From the human T2T-CHM13v2.0 reference genome, Homo sapiens: a DNA stretch of 64,000 bases. Positions 31,393 to 45,021 of the stretch are shown here, one piece after another. The stretch lies in the NCBI RefSeq assembly GCF_009914755.1, contig NC_060928.1. The stretch is one strand, 5' to 3'. Position 1 is the stretch's first letter; every line of letters begins with the position of its first letter. The notes beneath the pieces are model-generated. The model made no database searches and had not been told where the DNA came from. It saw only the letters and a list, made by a program, of their open reading frames with translations. The translations under genes and the position numbers were made by a program.

Positions 31393-32945
31393 ACGGCACC
31401 GTATCTGCAGTGGGCACGGGGGGGCCGGCCAGACAGGCAGACTGGGAGGATGGAGGACGGAGCTGCAGACGAAGGCAGGGGACCCATGGCGAGGAGGAAT
31501 GGCCAGCACCCCAGGCAGTCTGTGTGTGAGGCATAGCCCCTGGACACACACACACAGACACACACACTGCCTGGATGCATGTATGCACACACATGCGCGC
31601 ACACGTGCTCCCTGAAGGCACACGTACGCACACACGCACATGCACAGATATGCCGCCTGGGCACACAGATAAGCTGCCCAAATGCACGCACACGCACAGA
31701 GACATGCCAGAACATACAAGGACATGCTGCCTGAACATACACACGCACACCCATGCGCAGATGTGCTGCCTGGACACACACACACACACGGATATGCTGT
31801 CTGGACGCACACACGTGCAGATATGGTATCCGGACACACACGTGCACAGATATGCTGCCTGGACACACAGATAATGCTGCCTTGACACACACATGCACGG
31901 ATATTGCCTGGACACACACACACACACGTGTGCACAGATATGCTGTCTGGACATGCACACACATGCAGATATGCTGCCTGGACACACACTTCCAGACACA
32001 CGTGCACAGGCGCAGATATGCTGCCTGGACACACGCAGATATGCTGTCTAGTCACACACACACGCAGACATGCTGTCCGGACACACACACGCATGCACAG
32101 ATATGCTGTCCGGACACACACACGCACGCAGATATGCTGCCTGGACACACACACAGATAATGCTGCCTCAACACTCACACACGTGCAGATATTGCCTGGA
32201 CACACACATGTGCACAGATATGCTGTCTGGACATGCACACACGTGCAGATATGCTGTCCGGATACACACGCACGCACACATGCAGATATGCTGCCTGGGC
32301 ACACACTTCCGGACACACATGCACACACAGGTGCAGATATGCTGCCTGGACACACGCAGACTGACGTGCTTTTGGGAGGGTGTGCCGTGAAGCCTGCAGT
32401 ACGTGTGCCGTGAGGCTCATAGTTGATGAGGGACTTTCCCTGCTCCACCGTCACTCCCCCAACTCTGCCCGCCTCTGTCCCCGCCTCAGTCCCCGCCTCC
32501 ATCCCCGCCTCTGTCCCCTGGCCTTGGCGGCTATTTTTGCCACCTGCCTTGGGTGCCCAGGAGTCCCCTACTGCTGTGGGCTGGGGTTGGGGGCACAGCA
32601 GCCCCAAGCCTGAGAGGCTGGAGCCCATGGCTAGTGGCTCATCCCCACTGCATTCTCCCCCTGACACAGAGAAGGGGCCTTGGTATTTATATTTAAGAAA
32701 TGAAGATAATATTAATAATGATGGAAGGAAGACTGGGTTGCAGGGACTGTGGTCTCTCCTGGGGCCCGGGACCCGCCTGGTCTTTCAGCCATGCTGATGA
32801 CCACACCCCGTCCAGGCCAGACACCACCCCCCACCCCACTGTCGTGGTGGCCCCAGATCTCTGTAATTTTATGTAGAGTTTGAGCTGAAGCCCCGTATAT
32901 TTAATTTATTTTGTTAAACATGAAAGTGCATCCTTTCCCTCCAGG
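31393..32945 (+). other. FGFRL1: FGFRL1 3'UTR (end approximate)
   Basis: Follows the stop codon; AU-rich blocks at 32683-32722 and 32896-32925, then a GU-rich tract at about 32950-33015. Confidence 0.7.
31540..32360. repeat. Degenerate CA-rich tandem repeat in the FGFRL1 3'UTR
   Basis: Recurring GCA(CA)GATATGCTG(C/T)C(T/C)GGACACACAC units. Confidence 0.9.
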
Positions 32946-35900
32946 CTGGTGTTTCTGCCCATGTCTACATGCACGTGTGCATGCTCGTGTGTGCTCACAT
33001 TTGTGCCTGTGTGTCAGGCCTGGTCTCCAGAACCAGCAGCCTAACCCTCTTGGAGTCCCCTCGCTGGGCCAGAGCCACAGGGGCTGAGAACTGCACCTCC
33101 CGGCGGGAGAGTTTGGGTATACTGGGCTTCGGTGGTGTTGGGCGTGAGCACTGCCCACATGCCTGGCCAGGCCTGCGTCCTGCACCCCTGTCCCAGCGGC
33201 GCCCTCTCTGTGTCCTGGGGCTGGCACCTATGGCCCTCAGTGCAGGGCCTGGCCACTCCCCAGCCCCTCCTCAGGCTTTGGTGGGTGGCCCTACAGGAGG
33301 CAGCAGACTGGCCTCAGAGCTGGGGATGGGGCCAGGCTCAGGTCACCTCTGACCTCAGGGCTCCGTCCGAGTGCCCTCCCAGCCACCCTGCGGTGCTGCG
33401 ACGGTGGCCGACCCCATCTTACCCGGTCAGCAGGAGGGGTGGGGCTGCCAGCTCCACCCGGGGCCCTTGCCTGCCGGGGGTTCCGTTAGCCTCGTAAGAA
33501 AAGGCACCGGGGCCCCTCGTGCATTCAGCAAAGCGTGAGGCCCACTGCGTCCCCGGAGCCTGGTCCTGCTGGCGTGCAGCGCGCTTCCTGACCCGCTCTG
33601 GTTCTGAGAGCTTTTCCCTGGAGGAAGCTCACCCTGCCTGGCTTCAAAGACGACAGGTGGGCTCTGGGGAGAGGTGTCAGGGACCTCTCCCCAACTGGAG
33701 CTTCTGGGGACCCCATGGCTTTCAAGATGTCCCCTTTTTGTTCTCTGTCCTCCCCAGGGTAGACCCTACTTCTCTCCCCTGAGGAAGTCCTGACTCCTTG
33801 GACGGTGACAGCTTCAGGCATGGCCCTGGTAAGGGCTGCGTGTGGCTGATGGGTGCTGTGGGAGGCCTGGCCACCCTGACTGGGGGACAGTGGGGGCTCC
33901 ACGCGGCCCACAGCTGGCAGCCAAACAGATGTTCCCCAGACAGGACAGGCTGCAGGCCGACGCCTGGTCGGGTTTCAGTCTGGAGTAGGGGAGGGTGGAA
34001 GGGAGACCTCAGGCGTCTGGCCACCTTGGGCAGCAGGGAGGCCTCAGGCAGCGGGTCATGGGGTTGCAGAGGACAGGCTGCCCCTCCCCAGGGAGTGGGC
34101 GGAGGGATGGGCAGTCCGAGAGGGCTGTCCCCTAGAGCCTCTGAAGGAGACACTGGGACCGCAGACCCCACGCCTGCACCCTGCCTGCTGTGAGGTCCAG
34201 GCCCCCACTCAGGGCCACCCTTGACTTGTGGTCCAGCCCATCTTGCGCCTGCCCACAGGAGGTGCTGACTAGTGCTGTGTGGTCCTCAACGGACAGGTCT
34301 GGCACAGCCTAGCCTCTGGGTCTTGGGCTCTGGACTTTGTCATGCTGTGGCCACGTTGGATGCCAGGCTGGGCAGGGGGACCCCAAGGAGTCAGGACAGA
34401 CCCATCTCCTGCCTATGGGGCCCCAGCCACCCCCGGGCCAATAGCCTGGAGCTCAGACCCCTCAGTCCTTCCCTAGCCTTCCTCAGGGGCTGCCTGGAGC
34501 CCCTGCTTTCTCCCCTGCGACTTCCAGACCCTTCCCCCTTGGCCGTCCAGTCCCGAGAGCCTTGCTCCCGCCCCCACGCCCCTCTGTTCGGCGGTCTCCA
34601 GCCTGAGCCTGCCGGGGCCCTGCCCTGTGGACGCCTGGCCTGTGTTCCTGGCTGTCTCTTGCCTGGCCCTGCCCCGTGGACTCCTGTCCCCGTGGCTCCT
34701 GTCCCCCCACCAGCCACACGGCCATCCCGATGCCGTTTCCCGCATCTCCGTCACGGCAGCACGCGTCTGTGCCCTGCGCCGGCTCCCTCGTCACATCTGC
34801 ACGTCCACACTCCCAAGAACAAAATTGCGTTCCCCTCCCCTCCACGTGCAGGAGGCCTGGGAGCACAGAGGCCCCGTGTGCTTCGAGGACTTGAGGCAGG
34901 AGGCGGGCAGAGGCGCCCAGGGCGTGAGTGTGGCCAGCAGGACAGAGGGCAGGACTGCGCTTCTGACAGTGGTCTGCTCCGGCCAAGCACCTGAAAGATG
35001 GGGAGCCCTTCACCCCAGGCTCACTGGCCAGGAGGCTCGAAGGGCCGGGTGGGGCTTGTGGGAGGTGGGGGTGCCGCTCTGTGGGCCCCGTCTCACCTGT
35101 CCTGCCCGGGTCACCTGCACACCATTGCACCATGGGGGCTCCAGGCCCAGGAAGAGACCGACACACACGCGTCGGGAGGCTCCTTGGGGGCCAGCGGGCT
35201 TCTGGGCAATGCCCTTGCAGGGGTGGGGCTGGGGCATGGAATCTGAGGGGCAGGGCGACCGAGGGGGCCCAGGGAGAAGGGAGGAGCCCAGAGTGGCAGC
35301 CGTCTCCCCAGGGAGGGGCTGCACCTGGGGCTTCCTGGCTCTTCCACTGTCACCCTTCACGTGGGCAAGACCAGGTCCCATGCCCTTGGCCACCACAGGA
35401 AGGTCATGGGGCAGCTCGTGCTGTGGGGACGGGAACAGGGCTGGGCACCCGTCCCTGGCTCTGTCCTGGGCTGCTGGTGGTGTGGGTTGTAGTGGTGGGG
35501 GTTGCAGCCCAGGAGTCAACGGAGGGGACCTGGCTGTGTCCTCAGGGCGGCCCCCAGGCCAGGCCCTTTGGGTACGAGATGGTGGTGCCCGGGGGAGGCT
35601 CAGCATGGCGGGGCAGGGTGTGGGCACGGGGCCAGGCCCATGGTCCTCCCTGGCCCTGTCCTGGTGGTGATAAGCTGCTTCCCTGTAAAGCCCGGCTAAC
35701 TTGAAAGTGCTGCCCAGGCTCCAACACCCCCGGGTGTGACCCGCCCCCGCCCGGCCCTCCTGGCTTCAAAGGGGTGCCCATAAGCCGCCTGCAGCTGTCC
35801 CGGGGGTGCCTGCGTCTGCTGCCAGGGACAGGGTGGCAGCATGAGGCAGAGATAGGGGATGTGGGCAGCCCCACCCAATGGGCCCGTGGGTCAGAGGACC

Positions 35901-38900
35901 TGGCCAGAGATCACAGCCTTGTCCCAGGCCGAGGCTGGGGGCTGGGGGACCGGGTCAGGAACGTGGGACGAGGAGCACAGATGGGGCCCAAGCCAGGAAG
36001 AGGGGTGCAGGCCAGGAAGAGGGGTCCAGGCTGTGTGCTCGGGGTGCACGATGGGACTCCCCGCACAGCAGAGATCCGGCCCTGGGACACAAGGCTCCAG
36101 GACGCAGGGACCAGCCAAGCCTCCCTGGGGCACTGTGTGGGCCCCGGACCTGCTGTGGGGCTGGGGTTTGCCAGGGGTCCCCCAGGATTTGAACATGGGA
36201 GCACCTCCTGGAGGCAGAGGCAGGGAGGCCACAGGGCCAAGTGTGTGGGGCACTGGGCCCCTCGGGCTGGGCTGGGACAGTCCCCCTCCCATGGCTGGAG
36301 CTAGCTTCTGGTAGGAGAAGCTTCCAGATGTCCCGGGGGACAAGAGTGCTGGGTGGAGCCACGCTGGGTGAGGCGGGGCAGGGACGCGGTGGGCGGGGCC
36401 TGGTGGTCTCGGGCTCTCTGTGCCCTGTGCTGGCCTCACAGTGTGCCCGGCCCAGGTGGCTGCCTGGGTTGGGGAAGGGGCTCTCCTGGGGGCTGGTGGG
36501 GCCTGGCGGGTCCTGGGCCTCAGCCACACAAGACCCAGGCCTGTGTTCCAGGGCTCTGGGTTGCCGATGAATTTTAGGTTTGCATTGCAGTGCCTGAGGA
36601 GAGACGCCAGTCCCTGAGAAACACCGGCTCTGCCCAGGGGCCGCACTCGCCACCGTTGGCCTCCTCTGCTCGGCCTGTCTCTCCCTTGCCTCTGCCTTGG
36701 GAGGAGTGTGGCCAGCGAGGGGATGCAGGTGGGTCTCCCCGGAAGGCTCCCGCCACTGTGCTGGCAGCTGCATGCTGGGCCTGAGTGGGTGTGGCCAAGG
36801 CTGGGGCTCCCTGTGGGCTCTTGAAGCAGAGGCGGCCTTGGCCCCATGGGAGGGTTTCCCATTCCCTTCCGCAGCCTTGGGCAGGAGCCCAGGTGGGTCT
36901 AGGGGCTGGGCCCACCTCTGGCCTCGTGACCCAGGCCGGCTTTGACACACGTGGGAGGTGAGGGTGCCACTCTGTGGGTCCCGATCATGCCCGTTCTACA
37001 CTAGTCACCTGCAAAGCCTGCTGCTCCCCTGTCCCCCAGTCCCCCAGTGCCACCCAGAGAGCCACCCTCGCGCCACACAGGCTGGTCAGGCAGCCTCTTT
37101 GTGACCTGTGCCCTGGCTCCACTGGGGCTGTTCCTCCTGGTCAGCCCCTTCCCCAGTCGCCTGGTCACTGCCTGACTGTATGCAGCTCCTCAGCAGTCCT
37201 GACCCCATGGGCAGCTCTGTCCTCAAGCACCAGCTCCACCTGCTAGAGCCCAACCAGGGCAGAGAGAGGTCCTCCTAATTCAAGCCCCCCAGGGCACCCC
37301 AGCTCTCTTCAATCCTTGCCTGGGCTCCAAGGCCCCCAGACCCAGGTTCCTGGGCTCGAGGGTCTGTGCAGGGGCAGGGGCCACCCACTCAGGCAGTTTG
37401 ATTCAGTGACTGGGGAGAAGGGGGGCTGGTGGCCGCAGGGTGGGGCTGGGGGCCCCTGGAGCAGCTGCCATGTTCTGAGGCTTCCTTGTCCCCATGGCAG
37501 AGTGCTGGGGTGGCCAGGCTTGGCACGCAGCACCCAACACGGTGGAGAGAGTGCTTAACCTGGGGTCAAAAGGTGGCCTCTCTGGCCCCCTCACCCTGAA
37601 CCTCAGCCTGGGTCACGGCAGGGCCTCTGCCTGGGGGCCGAATTCAGGGGTCCTGCTGGGAGCATGAGTCCTGAGTACAGTGGGGCTGGGGCACTTGGGG
37701 GGCTCCTGCAGCCTGAGAGATGGGGACCAGTGGGCGCCCAGGGACATCCAGCCCTGCAGGATGCTGTGACGGACGCCAGGTCCCACCTGTCTCCCCGTGC
37801 CGGTGTGTCGACTGCAGCAGGAACTCCCTGGTGTCCAGCAGAAAGACCGGGACTCGGAGGGTGGCCAGAGTGTCATTTTATTCTCTTTAACAGGAGGTCT
37901 GGCCACCAGTCCTGGCCTCTGGTGATTTGGCCAGGGCCACAGCCGACAAAAGGGGTGGTGAAGCTCCACTCTCCACAGAGGGACCCAGGGACCCTGAAAA
38001 GACCTCAGATGCCCTGAGACCCCTGAGGAAGGCAGGGCCAAGAGAGTGGGCACGGCCGTCCTGGGAGCCCAGGGCCCAGCTGCTAGGATCCCGGAGCCAG
38101 GGGCTGCCGCAGGGCAGCCCTGGATGTGCCCTCCTGGGCACGCAGGCCGACATGGATTCTGTGGCTGAGGCCGTCAGCGTGTGAAAGCCACAGACACAGG
38201 CGGGCCCGGAGTGCCTGTCCACCCCGAGGCGCCTGCCCTGGCCCGGCCTCTCCTTCCTGGGTGTCGGAAGACCTTCATCTATGCCCCTGCCCTGTACCCG
38301 CTCAGTGGGCTGAGCACGGGCAGGGTGTGGTTCTGAGGGGCAACCCCACCAGCCTGCTTGGGCCCCAGCGTCTTCTCAGCGTCTGCCTCCTGTGAAAACC
38401 TTCCACTCAGTAAAGGAGCACAGTAGGTTGGTTGCCGGGCCAGGCTGGGGGCACAGTGGCTGCTGGGGGCCGAGGCGGCTCCTGGGGTGTGTCCTCTGGG
38501 AAGATGCTCTCTGCCTCAGGGCTGGGCGCAGCCGTGTGCCTTGTACACGGGCCTCAGATGTGGTGGGAGAGCGAGGGGGAGGGAACTTTGGGACCAGCTA
38601 GGGGCGAGATGCCCACTCCGGGGCCCCAGGTGAGGGCTGTGGGAGGAGGAGCCGAGGCAGCTGCAGCCCCGCCTGCTCTCTGTGGCAGCCGCATCTGGCC
38701 CAGCCGGCAGGTGGTGACAGCTGCCAGCAGCTGGCTGGGCGAGGGCTGGCCTGAGTCCGGGGTAGCGGTGGAGGCGGGGCTGTGTGCCCGGGTCCTCCAG
38801 GAGCCCCTGGAGTTACAGTGGGTAGGCGGTGGTCCAGGGAAGGGAGGACCACCTACCCCAAGCCCTGAAGGACCTTTGGAGACAGAGAGCAGCCCAGAGC

Positions 38901-40799
38901 ATGGGGGACCGGTGGGAATCTGCCCTGATGCCATGTGGGGCTGGGGACTCCAGGATGCTCCGTCTGCCTCTGGGGTCTCCTGGTGTCTGGGGGCTCGCGG
39001 TGTCGGGGGCTCCCCTGGTGGGGAGTAGAGCTGCAGAGGACAGAAGAATGAGGGTCGCTGGCTAGAGTTGGGGTCCTAGCCTCTCCCTAAGGCGCAGGTC
39101 TTTGCTAGAAAGCAGCGGCCCCATGGTGGGGCCAGGCCAGGTGGGCTGCAGCCAGGAGGCCCTGGGACGAAGAGGCCACAGGCTTGCTGGGGAGAACTCA
39201 GCAGAGCCCACCCTAACCTTGACTTTCCTGGAAGGGTCCAGGGTCTCCAGCAAGTAGCTCCTCCCACACCTAGACTAGGGTGAGAGAGGGGTGCAGGGAT
39301 CGGGACCGTGGCCTCCTCGTCCTCCAGTCCCCACCCACCTGTGCCCAGCTGCATCTCAGCAGCTGTTTTGGGACCGCCTACCCGGGTTAGCCCTGGCGCT
39401 GGCTTCTCCTTGGCTGGGATGCTTCACCCTCAGCACCCTGGGGAACAGGTAGGGTGGGTGGGTTTGTGCCTGGAACCCCAGGGGTGCCTGGCTTCAGGCA
39501 GCAGCAGCTGTGGAGGGTAGACCGCCTTTGTTGCGGCAAGACCAGCTGGACCCCTCTCCGGCCCGACTCCTGGGCCACCTGCCATCTGTGAGCCTCCTTG
39601 AGGAATGGGCATCGGGCCGGACACCTTCTGTGGTCCCCTCACAATGCAGCCTGCGCCCGGCCTGGGCTCTGACCCTCTGATGTGTGGCAGGGAGGTGGAG
39701 CATCCCGAGGGTGGCCACCCCCATTCCCTCCTGACCCCAGGCTGCAGGGAGCAAGGACCCCAGCCTCCATCCTCATTGTCTGGTGTGGCCTGGTCAGTGC
39801 CCTGAGCAGCTCCCCACCCATCGTGCACCTGAACCAAGTCCTCTGGGGCCGGGCGGCCTCTCTGCACTGTCAGACCCCAGGCAACCACCTGGCCCCTCTG
39901 GCCCTCGGTGTCCTCATCTGTGACAGGGAGGAGCCACCGGCGACTGAGTAGATGGGAGGTGAGTCCAAGTCGCCCCGGAGCCCGCAGAGCTCAGGCCAGG
40001 CCCAGGCTCGGGGAGGGGCGGGGCGGTCAGGGTGGCGCCGGCCTTCACAGAGGCGAATTCCTTCTCTGTTCACAGCTTTTTCCTCCGTTTTTTTTCCTCT
40101 CTCTTCTTACTCCATTCCTTCCTGGAGCCCCTCCAAGACAATCGGCACCCGGCTCCACTTGGCGGCCACAAAGCCTCTTTGACGGCCCAGGTCCAACAGC
40201 GGGCGGCGGGGGTGGAGGCTGGGGCGGCAGACGCTGGAGGCCGGCAGGGCCCCGGCTGGGTCCGGCTGGCTGGGACGGGACAGAGGGAGTCTTCTGCTGG
40301 GGCTGGTGAGGCCTGAATCAGCCCCGGGGGTGTTGGGGTGGGGGTGTCTCTTGTACACGGGTGTCAGACCCAGACTTCCCTGCCAAAGGCTCTGCCCAGA
40401 TGAGCCTGCTGTGAAATCGGTGCTCCCTGCCCGGCCAGCTGGGAGCTGCGTGCCCAGAGCTCAGCACCTCCCAGCTCCTCTGGTGGAAGAACAGATGGCT
40501 AGAGCCTGCTCGGGGCCATCCCTTGTGCCCCAGGTCGTTTTGGGGCAGGCTTACCTCACCGGCACCTCCTGGCCCAAGGCCTTGGAGCACCGTTCCCCTG
40601 ACCCCGCGTCTCTCCTCAGAGCTGGGTTCTGAGTGTGGGCGTCCAGCCAGCCAGGGACCAGGCCTTGCTGGGGGCCCAGGCCCACCTGGGACGGGATGGT
40701 GCTTGCCATGGAGGATGGTGCTTGCCCGTGGATTGCCTGTCCACCTCCAAGGGCTTGGGTGGGCTTGCAAACAGTGGTGCTCATTAAATGCTTGGTTGG

Positions 40800-41257
<458 letters not shown>

Positions 41258-43506
41258 TCAGGGAGGCCTGGCCACAGAGGGACGGCAGAGCCACTCATTC
41301 CTGGCCTGGCATGGTAGACGGGCAGTGGCAGACATTGCCAGACACAGGGGCGGGGGTACAGGCAGGGTGGGGGAGCAGGTAGGGTGGGCCAGGGCCAGAC
41401 ACCCTTGAGCCAGGGGTTATGGCACTAAGTGGCCACACAGAGGGAGGTGCCCATGGGCACAGGCGAGAGGCCGCCCGCTGCCCCAGACCACGGGAAGGAG
41501 TCGTGGTCCACGCAGCACAGGACTGGTGGCCGGGCTCCTGGCCCGTGGTCGGTGCTGCCGTGCTATCCCGGCTGGCAGGACTTACGAGGGTCGGCCTGGC
41601 CAGGGCAGCCTTGCTTGGCTGGAAGCACAAACGTTGTCTGCAGAGCCCTGCTGGGGCAGCAACCAGGCGGAGTGAGCATCGGGCCGGGACAGCGAGTGGC
41701 CCCAGAGTGAGGCACAATCCAGCCTTTGTTCCAAGGCAGCCCGGCCTGCAGGCCAAGAGGAAACGAGAGGCGCGCCAGGCAGCACCCCCGCCCGCCGGGC
41801 AGCACTCGGCCGCCAGGGCCCGGCCCTGCAGAGGAGCTGCGGGGGCCTTAGTCCGGAGGAGCAGGCACGGCCTCAGGCTGGCATCGGGACGTGGGTCCTG
41901 GAGCACAGCCCCGGGGCCATCCTGCCAGGAGTACGGAAGGTTCTGGAATTTGGAAAGCCATGCAAGGCCTGGGGTGGGGTGGGCCCAGGGAGACCCCCAG
42001 GGGAAGAGACAGTGCTGGGCCCACTAAGGGCCCTGAGAGGGTGGCCCTGGGTGAGGGTCCCAACTGTGTGGGTCGGGAAGCTCCATCCCCAGCTGCTCCC
42101 CCAGCCTGTGACCCAGCCTCCCACCCCAGGAGGCTCTGGCACCCCTCCCTCCACCCCACACCCTCCCGGCCCTCCCTTTCCCTGCCCCGGCCCTCACTCC
42201 TCCTCCACCCTCCCCGCCCCTCCGCTACCATGCCCCAGCCGTGCGCTGACCTTTTGGGTAACTGTGCTGGGGCACCCATGGGGGATTGGCCTGGCCTAGA
42301 CCTGCAGGGTGCGTGTGGCCGCGGCTTGTGCGCCCAGTGCTGGCTGCAGGCGGGTCTGAGGTGCAGGTCCGCACAGACCCAGCTCCCCACTCGGCAGCCC
42401 ACATTCCTCTGCCCTCTCGCCCCTCTGGGCCCAGCCCTTTCCTGGCTGCAGTGGAAGGCAGGGTCAACACAGTGCCCAGCCTGGTGGTCTGGAGGGCTCT
42501 GCTCTTCTTGCCATTCCCCAGGGCCCTCAGATGTGGCGGAGGGGCCTGCCACACACAGCACAGCTCCCCTGTCCCTCCATCCTCGCTGCAAAAGGGCAAC
42601 CAGGGGCCCCCACCGGGCAGCTCTGCGGGGAAGTGTCCCCGGCCACCTCAGAGTCCCACCCTCTGCCCCGATGGGGGTACCAGTGTGTGCTCGTGTGTGT
42701 GGGGTGTGCATTGAGACCCTGTCTGCCCCCTTCCTCACCCCTTCCTTCACACCCCTTCCCTGGTGAGGCCGGGGCCAGGGAATTCGGGGGCTGGGGATCA
42801 GGTCCCAGTGCTCCCTGGCAGGCAGCTGCCCTGGGCCCCACACCCCACAGGCTACCCGAGGGGTCTCCTGGCCCAGGGCTGAGCGGGGACAGCTGGGAGG
42901 CCCTTCTCAGGAGGCATTTCAGCCTCCCCTGTGCCCAGCGGAAAGGTGGTCCCTGCACCCCCCCTGCTGGGCCAGATCCTTATCTCGGCCTCAGCTCCTT
43001 CCCAGCCAACTCGGCTGCAGGGGCCTGGCTGTGACCTCTGTAGACAGAGGTCCCCACGGAAGCCTGGACTCCCCGGGGGGCACACCTGACTTTCCCGTCG
43101 GCAGCCACGCGCTCCTGCGTAGGCCCTGGGCTCAGCCCTCAGTTGTGCTGGACCTACTGGACAGCTGGATACAGCCCACCCTGAAAGGGAGGGCCCTGGG
43201 AGGGGCAGTGGGGCCTGTTGGGGGCTGGGGGTTGTCACTATGTTCCCGAAGTGGTGCCGGGCAGACAGGGGCCGTCCGACTCCCAGGACTGCCGTGTGGG
43301 CCAGAGCGGAGTCCCCGGGGATGAGGGTCCCTGCCCAGGGAGGGCAAAGGGGCTGCTGTGGAGCCCCCTCCAGTGGGGCCTCAGCCTCGGCCGCCCAGCC
43401 TGGAGGGACTGAAGGCCTGAGGCCCTGTGAGCCAGAGAGAGTAGGGCCCCTAAGGTCTGGGACCCCAGCTCCCTGCCTGAGGGAGGGGGAGGGTCTGCCC
43501 AGGCCC

Positions 43507-43667
43507 GAATGGCCTGACCTCCTGGCTGTGAGTGTGTGGCCCTGGAGGCAGCTGTCCCCGACCAGCCTCCTGCAGGCAGCCCTGAGGAATGGCCTGACCT
43601 CCTGGCTGTGAGTGTGTGGCCCTGGAGGCAGCTGTCCCCGACCAGCCTCCTGCAGGCAGCCCTGAGG
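43507..43667. repeat. 80-bp tandem duplication, 2 copies
   Basis: GAATGGCCTGACCTCCTGG... at 43507 and 43587. Confidence 0.9.
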
Positions 43668-44737
43668 CCCGGGCCGCGGTGCGGGTGGCTGCTGCTACAC
43701 ACCTGAGGGACCACACGGCAGAGCCCTCCCCAGGCCCCGCCCGCCCCTGGTTTCAGCAGTGACCCCTGGCCCACCTGGCTGCTCTGGGTCCCTGAGGCCT
43801 CTTCCTGCCTACCCCCACCCCCCCACAGCCCAGGCCTTGGACCACAGCCAGCCTGGGTGGCCTTCTGGCTGGGAGACCCCAGGGCTGGGAGTCCCGGCCC
43901 ACCCCCCTCCCCTGCGATGCTCCCCACTCAGTCCGTGTGGCTGGAGCTTCTGTGACATCACTCGGCAAGGGGCCTGAGCTTGCAGCCCCAGCTCTGCCAC
44001 GATCACCGAGTCCCCGTGACAGGCCTACTTCCTGTGACCCCAGACGAGGCCCCAGCCCACCCTCTGCCCTGGCACCCCAAGGCAGAGCCAAGCTGAGCAG
44101 GGTGCAGACCCTGGTGGCCGCCGACTAACAGGTGACCCTCCTGGGCTGTGGGAGGGCTGACAATGCCCCCCTTCACTACATGGCAGGAAGGGCCAGGGGT
44201 GCTACACACTCAGTATAAAGAGGATCTGCAGAGAAGGTGCCAGGAAAGCCCCTGCCCACCCCCGGGCTGGTCCTACAACCCATCCACAGGCACTGCCTAC
44301 TTTAAAGGAGGCTCCTGTGGCATCGGCCAAGGGTGAGTCAAGATGGCTGAGCTGCCAGGGTGGGGCTGTACGGAGGGACCTCCTGTCCCTGACACCCCAC
44401 GAGGCTGGGGGGCAGTGGTTTTTCTCTGGCAGGAATAGATGGAGAGCTGGGAACTTTCATGCCACGGAATCGTAAATACTTCCCAAGGTCAGGGCCATGG
44501 CAACCAGGGTGGCAGGCTGGGGTCAGGCCCCACCAGACAGCTTGACCCGCCCTCCCCGGGGCCGCCTGCCCACCTGCCCCAGCAGCCCCACCTGCTCCCA
44601 GGGTGCGTGTCAGCTCAGATGAGGGCAGTAGCCCTGCTGGGTCAGGGAGGGGCCTCAGCTTCTGCATGGGGCAGGCCTGGGGGCTGGACAGGCGGATGCT
44701 ATGGGGCACGACCCTCAGGGAAGCTTCTCTGATATTC

Positions 44738-45021
44738 CTTTTTTTTTTCTTGAGACAGAGTCTTGCTCTGTCCCCCAGGCTGGAGTGCAGTGGCACGATC
44801 TTGGCTCACTGCAACCTCCGCCTCCCAGGTTCAAGCAATTCTGCCTCAGCCTCCTGAGTATCTGGGCACGCACCACCACGCCCGGCTAATTTTTGTATTT
44901 TTAATAGAGACGGGGTTTCACCATGTTGGCCAGGATGGTCTTAAACTCCTGACCTCAGGTGATCCACCCGCCTCGGCCTCCCAAAGTGCTGGGATTCCAG
45001 GCGTGAGCCCTGCACCCGGGC
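44738..45021 (-). mobile_element. AluS element with 14-bp TSD
   Basis: TSD CTTCTCTGAT(A/G)TTC at 44724 and 45022. Confidence 0.9.
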
